Below, piece after piece: positions 1-14,419 of a DNA stretch of 64,000 nucleotides. The stretch spans positions 13,268,001-13,332,000 of the forward strand of contig OZ024766.1 of the NCBI GenBank assembly GCA_964016885.1. The letters are read 5' to 3'. Each line of letters opens with the position of its first letter. Positions within the stretch are counted from its first letter, which is position 1. The position numbers and the translations under genes were made by a program. This DNA is from Eledone cirrhosa. Its lineage: Eukaryota. Below the pieces are notes generated by a model, which was given only the letters and a program-made list of their open reading frames with translations, made no database searches and had not been told where the DNA came from.

Positions 1-3000
1 AATGAATTCTCACCAACATTGGAGTTTCTTCTGACAGCTAGTACCATGAACTTAAATGAATTCTCACCAACAGTGGAGTTACTTCTGACAGCTAATACCA
101 TGAACTTAAATGAATTCTCACCAACAGTGGCGTTCCTTCTGACAGCTAATACCATGAACTTAAATGAATTCTCACCAACAGTGGAGTTACTTCTGACAGC
201 TAGTACCATGACTTAAATGAATTCTCACCAACATTGGAGTTCCTTCTGACAGCTAATACCATGAACTTAAATGAATTCTCACCAACAGTGGAGTTACTTC
301 TGACAGCTAATACCATGAACTTAAATGAATTCTCACCAACATTGGAGTTACTTCTGACAGCTAGTACCATGAACTTAAATGAATTCTCACCAACAGTGGC
401 GTTACTTCTGACAACTAATACCATGACTTAAATGAATTCTCACCAACAGTGGAGTTACTTCTGACAGCTAATACCATGAACTTAAATGAATTCTCACCAA
501 CAGTGGAGTTACTTCTGACAACTAGTACCATGAACTTAAATGAATTCTCACCAACAGTGGAGTTACTTCTGACAGCTAATACCATGAACTTAAATGAATT
601 CGCACCAACAGTGGAGTTCCTTCTGACAGCTAATACCATGAACTTAAATGAATTCTCACCAACAGTGGAGTTACTTCTGACAGCTAATACCATGAACTTA
701 AATGAATTCTCACCAACAGTGGCGTTCCTTCTGACAGCTAATACCATGAACTTAAATGAATTCTCACCAACAGTGGAGTTACTTCTGACAGCTAGTACCA
801 TGACTTAAATGAATTCTCACCAACATTGGAGTTCCTTCTGACAGCTAATACCATGAACTTAAATGAATTCTCACCAACAGTGGAGTTACTTCTGACAGCT
901 AATACCATGAACTTAAATGAATTCTCACCAACAGTGGAGTTACTTCTGACAGCTAATACCATGAACTTAAATGAATTCTCACCAACAGTGGAGTTACTTC
1001 TGACAGCTAATACCATGAACTTAAATGAATTCTCACCAACATTGGAGTGACTTCTGACAGCTAATACCATGAACTTAAATGAATTCTCACCAACATTGGG
1101 GTTACTTCTGACAGCTAGTACCATGAACTTAAATGAATTCTCACCAACAGTGGAGTTACTTCTGACAGCTAATACCATGAACTTAAATGAATTCTCACCA
1201 ACATTGGAGTTACTTTTGACAGCTAATACCATGAACTTAAATGAATTCTCACCAACATTGGAGTTACTTCTGACAGCTAGTACCATGAACTTAAATGAAT
1301 TCTCACCAACAGTGGAGTTACTTCTGACAGCTAGTACCATGAACTTAAATGAATTCTCACCAACAGTGGAGTTACTTCTGACAGCTAGTACCATGACTTA
1401 AATGAATTCTCACCAACAGTGGAGTTACTTCTGACAGCTAATACCATGAACTTAAATGAATTCTCACCAACATTGGAGTTACTTCTGACAACTAATACCA
1501 AGACTTAAATGAATTCTCACCAACAGTGGAGTTCCTTCTGACAGCTAATACCATGAACTTAAATGAATTCTCACCAACATTGGAGTGACTTCTGACAGCT
1601 AATACCATGAACTTAAATGAATTCTCACCAACATTGGGGTTACTTCTGACAGCTAGTACCATGAACTTAAATGAATTCTCACCAACAGTGGAGTGACTTC
1701 TGACAGCTAATACCATGAACTTAAATGAATTCTCACCAACATTGGGGTTACTTCTGACAGCTAGTACCATGAACTTAAATGAATTCTCACCAACAGTGGA
1801 GTTACTTCTGACAGCTTATACCATGAACTTAAATGAATTCTCACCAACATTGGAGTGACTTCTGACAGCTAATACCATGAACTTAAATGAATTCTCACCA
1901 ACATTGGGGTTACTTCTGACAGCTAGTACCATGAACTTAAATGAATTCTCACCAACAGTGGAGTTACTTCTGACAGCTAATACCATGAACTTAAATGAAT
2001 TCTCACCAACGGTGGAGTTACTTCTGACAGCTAGTACCATGAACTTAAATGAATTCTCACCAACAGTGGAGTTACTTCTGACAGCTAATACCATGAACTT
2101 AAATGAATTCTCACCAACATTGGAGTTACTACTGACAGCTAGTACCATGAACTTAAATGAATTCTCACCAACAGTGGAGTTACTTCTGACAGCTAGTACC
2201 ATGAACTTAAATGAATTCTCACCAACATTGGAGTTACTTCTGACAACTAATACCAAGACTTAAATGAATTCTCACCAACAGTGGAGTTCCTTCTGACAGC
2301 TAATACCATGAACTTAAATGAATTCTCACCAACATTGGAGTTACTTCTGACAGCTAGTACCATAAACTTAAATGAATTCTCACCAACAGTGGAGTTACTT
2401 CTGACAGCTAATACCATGAACTTAAATGAATTCTCACCAACAGTGGCGTTCCTTCTGACAGCTAATACCATGAACTTAAATGAATTCTCACCAACAGTGG
2501 AGTTACTTCTGACAGCTAGTACCATGACTTAAATGAATTCTCACCAACATTGGAGTTCCTTCTGACAGCTAATACCATGAACTTAAATGAATTCTCACCA
2601 ACAGTGGAGTTACTTCTGACAGCTAATACCATGAACTTAAATGAATTCTCACCAACATTGGAGTTACTTCTGACAGCTAATACCATGACTTAAATGAATT
2701 CTCACCAACAGTGGAGTTCCTTCTGACAGCTAATACCATGAACTTAAATGAATTCTCACCAACATTGGAGTTACTTCTGACAGCTAGTACCATGAACTTA
2801 AATGAATTCTCACCAACAGTGGAGTTCCTTCTGACAGCTAATACCATGAACTTAAATGAATTCTCACCAACATTGGAGTTACTTCTGACAGCTAGTACCA
2901 TGACTTAAATGAATTCTCACCAACATTGGAGTTACTTCTGACAACTAATACCATGACTTAAATGAATTCTCACCAACAGTGGAGTTACTTCTGACGAACT

Positions 3001-6000
3001 AATACCATGAACTTAAATGCATTCTTACCAACAGTGGAGTTACTTCTGACAGCTAGTACCATGAACTTAAATGAATTCTCACCAACAGTGGAGTTCCTTC
3101 TGACAGCTAATACCATGAACTTAAATGAATTCTCACCAACAGTGGAGTTACTTCTGACAGCTAGTACCATGACTTAAATGAATTCTCACCAACAATGGAG
3201 TTACTTCTGACAGCTAATACCATGACTTAAATGAATTCTCACCAACAGTGGAGTTACTTCTGACAGCTAATACCATGAACTTAAATGAATTCTCACCAAC
3301 AGTGGAGTTACTTCTGACAGCTAGAACCATGAACTTAAATGAATTCTCACCAACATTGGAGTTACTTCTGACAACTAATACCATGACTTAAATGAATTCT
3401 CACCAACAGTGGAGTTCCTTCTGACAGCTAATACCATGAACTTAAATGAATTCTCACCAACAGTGGAGTTACTTCTGACAGCTAATACCATGAACTTAAA
3501 TGAATTCTCACCAACAGTGGAGTTACTTCTGACAGCTAATACCATGAACTTAAATGAATTCTCACCAACAGTGGAGTTACTTCTGACAGCTAATACCATG
3601 AACTTAAATGAATTCTCACCAACATTGGAGTTACTTCTGACAGCTAGTACCATGACTTAAATGAATTCTCACCAACATTGGAGTTCCTTCTGACAGCTAA
3701 TACCATGAACTTAAATGAATTCTCACCAACAGTGGAGTTACTTCTGACAGCTAATACCATGAACTTAAATGAATTCTCACCAACAGTGGAGTTACTTCTG
3801 ACAGCTAATACCATGAACTTAAATGAATTCTCACCAACAGTGGAGTTACTTCTGACAGCTAGTACCATGAACTTAAATGAATTCTCACCAACATTGGAGT
3901 TACTTCTGACAACTAACACCAAGACTTAAATGAATTCTCACCAACAGTGGAGTTCCTTCTGACAGCTAATACCATGAACTTAAATGAATTCTCACCAACA
4001 GTGGAGTTACTTCTGACAGCTAATACCATGAACTTAAATGAATTCTCACCAACAGTGGAGTTACTTCTGACAGCTAATACCATGAACTTAAATGAATTCT
4101 CACCAACATTGGAGTGACTTCTGACAGCTAATACCATGAACTTAAATGAATTCTCACCAACATTGGGGTTACTTCTGACAGCTAGTACCATGAACTTAAA
4201 TGAATTCTCACCAACAGTGGAGTGACTTCTGACAGCTAATACCATGAACTTAAATGAATTCTCACCAACATTGGGGTTACTTCTGACAGCTAGTACCATG
4301 AACTTAAATGAATTCTCACCAACAGTGGAGTTACTTCTGACAGCTAATACCATGAACTTAAATGAATTCTCACCAACATTTGAGTGACTTCTGACAGCTA
4401 ATACCATGAACTTAAATGAATTCTCACCAACATTGGGGTTACTTCTGACAGCTAGTACCATGAACTTAAATGAATTCTCACCAACAGTGGAGTTACTTCT
4501 GACAGCTAATACCATGAACTAAAATGAATTCTCACCAACAGTGGAGTTACTTCTGACAGCTAGTACCATGAACTTAAATGAATTCTCACCAACAGTGGAG
4601 TTACTTCTGACAGCTAATACCATGAACTTAAATGAATTCTCACCAACATTGGAGTTACTTCTGACAGCTAGTACCATGAACTTAAATGAATTCTCACCAA
4701 CAGTGGAGTTACTTCTGACAGCTAGTACCATGAACTTAAATGAATTCTCACCAACATTGGAGTTACTTCTGACAACTAATACCAAGACTTAAATGAATTC
4801 TCACCAACAGTGGAGTTCCTTCTGACAGCTAATACCATGAACTTAAATGAATTCTCACCAACATTGGAGTTACTTCTGACAGCTAGTACCATGAACTTAA
4901 ATGAATTCTCACCAACAGTGGAGTTACTTCTGACAGCTAATACCATGAACTTAAATGAATTCTCACCAACAGTGGCGTTCCTTCTGACAGCTAATACCAT
5001 GAACTTAAATGAATTCTCACCAACAGTGGAGTTACTTCTGACAGCTAGTACCATGACTTAAATGAATTCTCACCAACATTGGAGTTCCTTCTGACAGCTA
5101 ATACCATGAACTTAAATGAATTCTCACCAACAGTGGAGTTACTTCTGACAGCTAATACCATGAACTTAAATGAATTCTCACCAACATTGGAGTTACTTCT
5201 GACAGCTAATACCATGACTTAAATGAATTCTCACCAACAGTGGAGTTCCTTCTGACAGCTAATACCATGAACTTAAATGAATTCTCACCAACATTGGAGT
5301 TACTTCTGACAGCTAGTACCATGAACTTAAATGAATTCTCACCAACAGTGGAGTTCCTTCTGACAGCTAATACCATGAACTTAAATGAATTCTCACCAAC
5401 ATTGGAGTTACTTCTGACAGCTAGTACCATGACTTAAATGAATTCTCACCAACATTGGAGTTACTTCTGACAACTAATACCATGACTTAAATGAATTCTC
5501 ACCAACAGTAGAGTTACTTCTGACGAACTAATACCATGAACTTAAATGAATTCTTACCAACAGTGGAGTTACTTCTGACAGCTAGTACCATGAACTTAAA
5601 TGAATTCTCACCAACAGTGGAGTTCCTTCTGACAGCTAATACCATGAACTTAAATGAATTCTCACCAACAGTGGAGTTACTTCTGACAGCTAGTACCATG
5701 ACTTAAATGAATTCTCACCAACAATGGAGTTACTTCTGACAGCTAATACCATGACTTAAATGAATTCTCACCAACAGTGGAGTTACTTCTGACAGCTAAT
5801 ACCATGAACTTAAATGAATTCTCACCAACAGTGGAGTTACTTCTGACAGCTAGAACCATGAACTTAAATGAATTCTCACCAACATTGGAGTTACTTCTGA
5901 CAACTAATACCATGACTTAAATGAATTCTCACCAACAGTGGAGTTACTTCTGACAGCTAATACCATGAACTTAAATGAATTCTCACCAACAGTGGAGTTA

Positions 6001-6289
6001 CTTCTGACAACTAGTACCATGAACTTAAATGAATTCTCACCAACAGTGGAGTTACTTCTCACAGCTAATACCATGAACTTAAATGAATTCTCACCAACAG
6101 TGGAGTTCCTTCTGACAGCTAATACCATGAACTTAAATGAATTCTCACCAACAGTGGAGTTACTTCTGACAGCTAATACCATGAACTTAAATGAATTCTC
6201 ACCAAGAGTGGCGTTCCTTCTGACAGCTAATACCATGAACTTAAATGAATTCTCACCAACAGTGGAGTTACTTCTGACAGCTAGTACCA

Positions 6290-9200
6290 TGACTTAAATG
6301 AATTCTCACCAACATTGGAGTTCCTTCTGACAGCTAATACCATGAACTTAAATGAATTCTCACCAACAGTGGAGTTACTTCTGACAGCTAATACCATGAA
6401 CTTAAATGAATTCTCACCAACAGTGGAGTTACTTCTGACAGCTAATACCATGAACTTAAATGAATTCTCACCAACAGTGGAGTTACTTCTGACAGCTAAT
6501 ACCATGAACTTAAATGAATTCTCACCAACATTGGAGTGACTTCTGACAGCTAATACCATGAACTTAAATGAATTCTCACCAACATTGGGGTTACTTCTGA
6601 CAGCTAGTACCATGAACTTAAATGAATTCTCACCAACAGTGGAGTGACTTCTGACAGCTAATACCATGAACTTAAATGAATTCTCACCAACATTGGAGTG
6701 ACTTCTGACAGCTAATACCATGAACTTAAATGAATTCTCACCAACATTGGGGTTACTTCTGACAGCTAGTACCATGAACTTAAATGAATTCTCACCAACA
6801 GTGGAGTTACTTCTGACAGCTAATACCATGAACTTAAATGAATTCTCACCAACAGTGGAGTTACTTCTGACAGCTAGTACCACGAACTTAAATGAATTCT
6901 CACCAACAGTGGAGTTACTTCTGACAGCTAATACCATGAACTTAAATGAATTCTCACCAACATTGGAGTTACTTCTGACAGCTAGTACCATGAACTTAAA
7001 TGAATTCTCACCAACAGTGGAGTTACTTCTGACAGCTAGTACCATGAACTTAAATGAATTCTCACCAACATTGGAGTTACTTCTGACAACTAATACCAAG
7101 ACTTAAATGAATTCTCACCAACAGTGGAGATCCTTCTGACAGCTAATACCATGAACTTAAATGAATTCTCACCAACATTGGAGTTACTTCTGACAGCTAA
7201 TACCATGAACTTAAATGAATTCTCACCAACATTGGAGTTACTTCTGACAGCTAGTACCATGAACTTAAATGAATTCTCACCAACAGTGGAGTTACTTCTG
7301 ACAGCTAGTACCATGAACTTAAATGAATTCTCACCAACATTGGAGTTACTTCTGACAACTAACACCAAGACTTAAATGAATTCTCACCAACAGTGGAGTT
7401 CCTTCTGACAGCTAATACCATGAACTTAAATGAATTCTCACCAACAGTGGAGTTACTTCTGACAGCTAATACCATGAACTTAAATGAATTCTCACCAACA
7501 GTGGAGTTACTTCTGACAGCTAATACCATGAACTTAAATGAATTCTCACCAACAGTGGAGTTACTTCTGACAGCTAATACCATGAACTTAAATGAATTCT
7601 CACCAACATTGGAGTGACTTCTGACAGCTAATACCATGAACTTAAATGAATTCTCACCAACATTGGGGTTACTTCTGACAGCTAGTACCATGAACTTACA
7701 TGAATTCTCACCAACAGTGGAGTGACTTCTGACAGCTAATACCATGAACTTAAATGAATTCTCACCAACATTGGAGTGACTTCTGACAGCTAATACCATG
7801 AACTTAAATGAATTCTCACCAACATTGGGGTTACTTCTGACAGCTAGTACCATGAACTTAAATGAATTCTCACCAACAGTGGAGTTACTTCTGACAGCTA
7901 ATACCATGAACTTAAATGAATTCTCACCAACAGTGGAGTTACTTCTGACAGCTAGTACCATGAACTTAAATGAATTCTCACCAACAGTGGAGTTACTTCT
8001 GACAGCTAATACCATGAACTTAAATGAATTCTCACCAACATTGGAGTTACTTCTGACAGCTAGTACCATGAACTTAAATGAATTCTCACCAACAGTGGAG
8101 TTACTTCTGACAGCTAGTACCATGAACTTAAATGAATTCTCACCAACATTGGAGTTACTTCTGACAACTAATACCAAGACTTAAATGAATTCTCACCAAC
8201 AGTGGAGTTCCTTCTGACAGCTAATACCATGAACTTAAATGAATTCTCACCAACATTGGAGGTACTTCTGACAGCTAATACCATGAACTTAAATGAATTC
8301 TCACCAACATTGGAGTTACTTCTGACAGCTAGTACCATGAACTTAAATGAATTCTCACCAACAGTGGAGTTACTTCTGACAGCTAGTACCATGAACTTAA
8401 ATGAATTCTCACCAACATTGGAGTTACTTCTGACAACTAACACCAAGACTTAAATGAATTCTCACCAACAGTGGAGTTACTTCTGACAGCTAATACCATG
8501 AACTTAAATGAATTCTCATCAACATTGGAGTTACTTCTGACAGCTAGTACCATGAACTTAAATGAATTCTCACCAACAGTGGAGTTACTTCTGACAGCTA
8601 ATACCATGAACTTAGATGAATTCTCACCAACAGTGGCGTTCCTTCTGACAGCTAATACCATGAACTTAAATGAATTCTCACCAACAGTGGAGTTACTTCT
8701 GACAGCTAGTACCATGACTTAAATGAATTCTCACCAACATTGGAGTTCCTTCTGACAGCTAATACCATGAACTTAAATGAATTCTCACCAACAGTGGAGT
8801 TACTTCTGACAGCTAATACCATGAACTTAAATGAATTCTCACCAACAGTGGAGTTACTTCTGACAGCTAATACCATGAACTTAAATGAATTCTCACCAAC
8901 ATTGGAGTTACTTCTGACAGCTAGTACCATGAACTTAAATGAATTCTCACCAACAGTGGAGTTACTTCTGACAGCTAGTACCATGAACTTAAATGAATTC
9001 TCACCAACATTGGAGTTACTTCTGACAACTAATACCAAGACTTAAATGAATTCTCACCAACAGTGGAGTTCCTTCTGACAGCTAATACCATGAACTTAAA
9101 TGAATTCTCACCAACATTGGAGTTACTTCTGACAGCTAATACCATGAACTTAAATGAATTCTCACCAACATTGGAGTTACTTCTGACAGCTAGTACCATG

Positions 9201-12200
9201 AACTTAAATGAATTCTCACCAACAGTGGAGTTACTTCTGACAGCTAGTACCATGAACTTAAATGAATTCTCACCAACATTGGAGTTACTTCTGACAACTA
9301 ACACCAAGACTTAAATGAATTCTCACCAACAGTGGAGTTCCTTCTGACAGCTAATACCATGAACTTAAATGAATTCTCACCAACAGTGGAGTTACTTCTG
9401 ACAGCTAATACCATGAACTTAAATGAATTCTCACCAACAGTGGAGTTACTTCTGACAGCTAATACCATGAACTTAAATGAATTCTCACCAACAGTGGAGT
9501 TACTTCTGACAGCTAATACCATGAACTTAAATGAATTCTCACCAACATTGGAGTGACTTCTGACAGCTAATACCATGAACTTAAATGAATTCTCACCAAC
9601 ATTGGGGTTACTTCTGACAGCTAGTACCATGAACTTAAATGAATTCTCACCAACAGTGGAGTGACTTCTGACAGCTAATACCATGAACTTAAATGAATTC
9701 TCACCAACATTGGAGTGACTTCTGACAGCTAATACCATGAACTTAAATGAATTCTCACCAACATTGGGGTTACTTCTGACAGCTAGTACCATGAACTTAA
9801 ATGAATTCTCACCAACAGTGGAGTTACTTCTGACAGCTAATACCATGAACTTAAATGAATTCTCACCAACAGTGGAGTTACTTCTGACAGCTAGTACCAT
9901 GAACCTAAATGAATTCTCACCAACAGTGGAGTTACTTCTGACAGCTAATACCATGAACTTAAATGAATTCTCACCAACATTGGAGTTACTTCTGACAGCT
10001 AGTACCATGAACTTAAATGAATTCTCACCAACAGTGGAGTTACTTCTGACAGCTAGTACCATGAACTTAAATGAATTCTCACCAACATTGGAGTTACTTC
10101 TGACAACTAATACCAAGACTTAAATGAATTCTCACCAACAGTGGAGTTCCTTCTGACAGCTAATACCATGAACTTAAATGAATTCTCACCAACATTGGAG
10201 GTACTTCTGACAGCTAATACCATGAACTTAAATGAATTCTCACCAACATTGGAGTTACTTCTGACAGCTAGTACCATGAACTTAAATGAATTCTCACCAA
10301 CAGTGGAGTTACTTCTGACAGCTAGTACCATGAACTTAAATGAATTCTCACCAACATTGGAGTTACTTCTGACAACTAACACCAAGACTTAAATGAATTC
10401 TCACCAACAGTGGAGTTACTTCTGACAGCTAATACCATGAACTTAAATGAATTCTCATCAACATTGGAGTTACTTCTGACAGCTAGTACCATGAACTTAA
10501 ATGAATTCTCACCAACAGTGGAGTTACTTCTGACAGCTAATACCATGAACTTAGATGAATTCTCACCAACAGTGGCGTTCCTTCTGACAGCTAATACCAT
10601 GAACTTAAATGAATTCTCACCAACAGTGGAGTTACTTCTGACAGCTAGTACCATGACTTAAATGAATTCTCACCAACATTGGAGTTCCTTCTGACAGCTA
10701 ATACCATGAACTTAAATGAATTCTCACCAACAGTGGAGTTACTTCTGACAGCTAATACCATGAACTTAAATGAATTCTCACCAACAGTGGAGTTACTTCT
10801 GACAGCTAATACCATGAACTTAAATGAATTCTCACCAACAGTGGAGTTACTTCTGACAGCTAATACCATGAACTTAAATGAATTCTCACCAACATTGGAG
10901 TGACTTCTGACAGCTAATACCATGAAATTAAATGAATTCTCACCAACATTGGGGTTACTTCTGACAGCTAGTACCATGAACTTAAATGAATTTTCACCAA
11001 CAGTGGAGTGACTTCTGACAGCTAATACCATGAACTTAAATGAATTCTCACCAACATTGGAGTGACTTCTGACAGCTAATATCATGAACTTAAATGAATT
11101 CTCACCAACATTGGGGTTACTTCTGACAGCTAGTACCATGAACTTAAATGAATTCTCACCAACAGTGGAGTTACTTCTGACAGCTAATACCATGAACTTA
11201 AATGAATTCTCACCAACAGTGGAGTTACTTCTGACAGCTAGTACCATGAACTTAAATGAATTCTCACCAACAGTGGAGTTACTTCTGACAGCTAATACCA
11301 TGAACTTAAATGAATTCTCACCAACATTGGAGTTACTTCTGACAGCTAGTACCATGAACTTAAATGAATTCTCACCAACAGTGGAGTTACTTCTGACAGC
11401 TAGTACCATGAACTTAAATGAATTCTCACCAACATTGGAGTTACTTCTGACAACTAATACCAAGACTTAAATGAATTCTCACCAACAGTGGAGTTCCTTC
11501 TGACAGCTAATACCATGAACTTAAATGAATTCTCACCAACATTGGAGTTACTTCTGACAGCTAATACCATGAACTTAAATGAATTCTCACCAACATTGGA
11601 GTTACTTCTGACAGCTAGTACCATGAACTTAAATGAATTCTCACCAACAGTGGAGTTACTTCTGACAGCTAGTACCATGAACTTAAATGAATTCTCACCA
11701 ACATTGGAGTTACTTCTGACAACTAACACCAAGACTTAAATGAATTCTCACCAACAGTGGAGTTCCTTCTGACAGCTAATACCATGAACTTAAATGAATT
11801 CTCACCAACAGTGGAGTTACTTCTGACAGCTAATACCATGAACTTAAATGAATTCTCACCAACAGTGGAGTTACTTCTGACAGCTAATACCATGAACTTA
11901 AATGAATTCTCACCAACAGTGGAGTTACTTCTGACAGCTAATACCATGAACTTAAATGAATTCTCACCAACATTGGAGTGACTTCTGACAGCTAATACCA
12001 TGAACTTAAATGAATTCTCACCAACATTGGGGTTACTTCTGACAGCTAGTACCATGAACTTAAATGAATTCTCACCAACAGTGGAGTGACTTCTGACAGC
12101 TAATACCATGAACTTAAATGAATTCTCACCAACATTGGAGTGACTTCTGACAGCTAATACCATGAACTTAAATGAATTCTCACCAACATTGGGGTTACTT

Positions 12201-14270
12201 CTGACAGCTAGTACCATGAACTTAAATGAATTCTCACCAACAGTGGAGTTACTTCTGACAGCTAATACCATGAACTTAAATGAATTCTCACCAACAGTGG
12301 AGTTACTTCTGACAGCTAGTACCATGAACTTAAATGAATTCTCACCAACAGTGGAGTTACTTCTGACAGCTAATACAATGAACTTAAATGAATTCTCACC
12401 AACATTGGAGTTACTTCTGACAGCTAGTACCATGAACTTAAATGAATTCTCACCAACAGTGGAGTTACTTCTGACAGCTAGTACCATGAACTTAAATGAA
12501 TTCTCACCAACATTGGAGTTACTTCTGACAACTAACACCAAGACTTAAATGAATTCTCACCAACAGTGGAGTTACTTCTGACAGCTAATACCATGAACTT
12601 AAATGAATTCTCACCAACAGTGGAGTTACTTCTGACAGCTAATACCATGAACTTAAATGAATTCTCACCAACAGTGGAGTTACTTCTGACAGCTAATACC
12701 ATGAACTTAAATGAATTCTCACCAACAGTGGAGTTACTTCTGACAGCTAATACCATGAACTTAAATGAATTCTCACCAACATTGGAGTGACTTCTGACAG
12801 CTAATACCATGAACTTAAATGAATTCTCACCAACATTGGGGTTACTTCTGACAGCTAGTACCATGAACTTAAATGAATTCTCACCAACAGTGGAGTTACT
12901 TCTGACAGCTAATACCATGAACTTAAATGAATTCTCACCAACAGTGGAGTTACTTCTGACAGCTAGTACCATGAACTTAAAAGAATTCTCACCAACAGTG
13001 GAGTTACTTCTGACAGCTAATACCATGAACTTAAATGAATTCTCACCAACATTGGAGTTACTTCTGACAGCTAGTACCATGAACTTAAATGAATTCTCAC
13101 CAACAGTGGAGTTACTTCTGACAGCTAGTACCATGAACTTAAATGAATTCTCACCAACATTGGAGTTACTTCTGACAACTAATACCAAGACTTAAATGAA
13201 TTCTCACCAACAGTGGAGTTCCTTCTGACAGCTAATACCATGAACTTAAATGAATTCTCACCAACATTGGAGTTACTTCTGACAGCTAATACCATGAACT
13301 TAAATGAATTCTCACCAACATTGGAGTTACTTCTGACAGCTAGTACCATGAACTTAAATGAATTCTCACCAACAGTGGAGTTACTTCTGACAGCTAGTAC
13401 CATGAACTTAAATGAATTCTCACCAACATTGGAGTTACTTCTGACAACTAACACCAAGACTTAAATGAATTCTCACCAACAGTGGAGTTCCTTCTGACAG
13501 CTAATACCATGAACTTAAATGAATTCTCACCAACAGTGGAGTTACTTCTGACAGCTAATACCATGAACTTAAATGAATTCTCACCAACAGTGGAGTTACT
13601 TCTGACAGCTAATACCATGAACTTAAATGAATTCTCACCAACAGTGGAGTTACTTCTGACAGCTAATACCATGAACTTAAATGAATTCTCACCAACATTG
13701 GAGTGACTTCTGACAGCTAATACCATGAACTTAAATGAATTCTCACCAACATTGGGGTTACTTCTGACAGCTAGTACCATGAACTTAAATGAATTCTCAC
13801 CAACAGTGGAGTGACTTCTGACAGCTAATACCATGAACTTAAATGAATTCTCACCAACATTGGAGTGACTTCTGACAGCTAATACCATGAACTTAAATGA
13901 ATTCTCACCAACATTGGGGTTACTTCTGACAGCTAGTACCATGAACTTAAATGAATTCTCACCAACAGTGGAGTTACTTCTGACAGCTAATACCATGAAC
14001 TTAAATGAATTCTCACCAACAGTGGAGTTACTTCTGACAGCTAGTACCATGAACTTAAATGAATTCTCACCAACAGTGGAGTTACTTCTGACAGCTAATA
14101 CAATGAACTTAAATGAATTCTCACCAACATTGGAGTTACTTCTGACAGCTAGTACCATGAACTTAAATGAATTCTCACCAACAGTGGAGTTACTTCTGAC
14201 AGCTAGTACCATGAACTTAAATGAATTCTCACCAACATTGGAGTTACTTCTGACAACTAACACCAAGACT
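6290..14270. repeat. Higher-order repeat region built from 15-mer (809 bp) and 5-mer (269 bp) units that together form a 20-mer (1078 bp)
   Basis: Minus-strand 272-aa ORFs at 6281, 7359, 9298, 10645, 11723 and 13448 are interspersed with 92-aa ORFs. Offsets 6281->7359, 7090->8168 and 10645->11723 are each 1078 bp. Units end in the 53-bp ACAACTAA(T/C)ACCAAGAC monomer. Confidence 0.85.
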
Positions 14271-14419
14271 TAAATGAATTCTCACCAACAGTGGAGTTAC
14301 TTCTGACAGCTAATACCATGAACTTAAATGAATTCTCACCAACATTGGAGTTACTTCTGACAGCTAGTACCATGAACTTAAATGAATTCTCACCAACAGT
14401 GGAGTTACTTCTGACAGCT

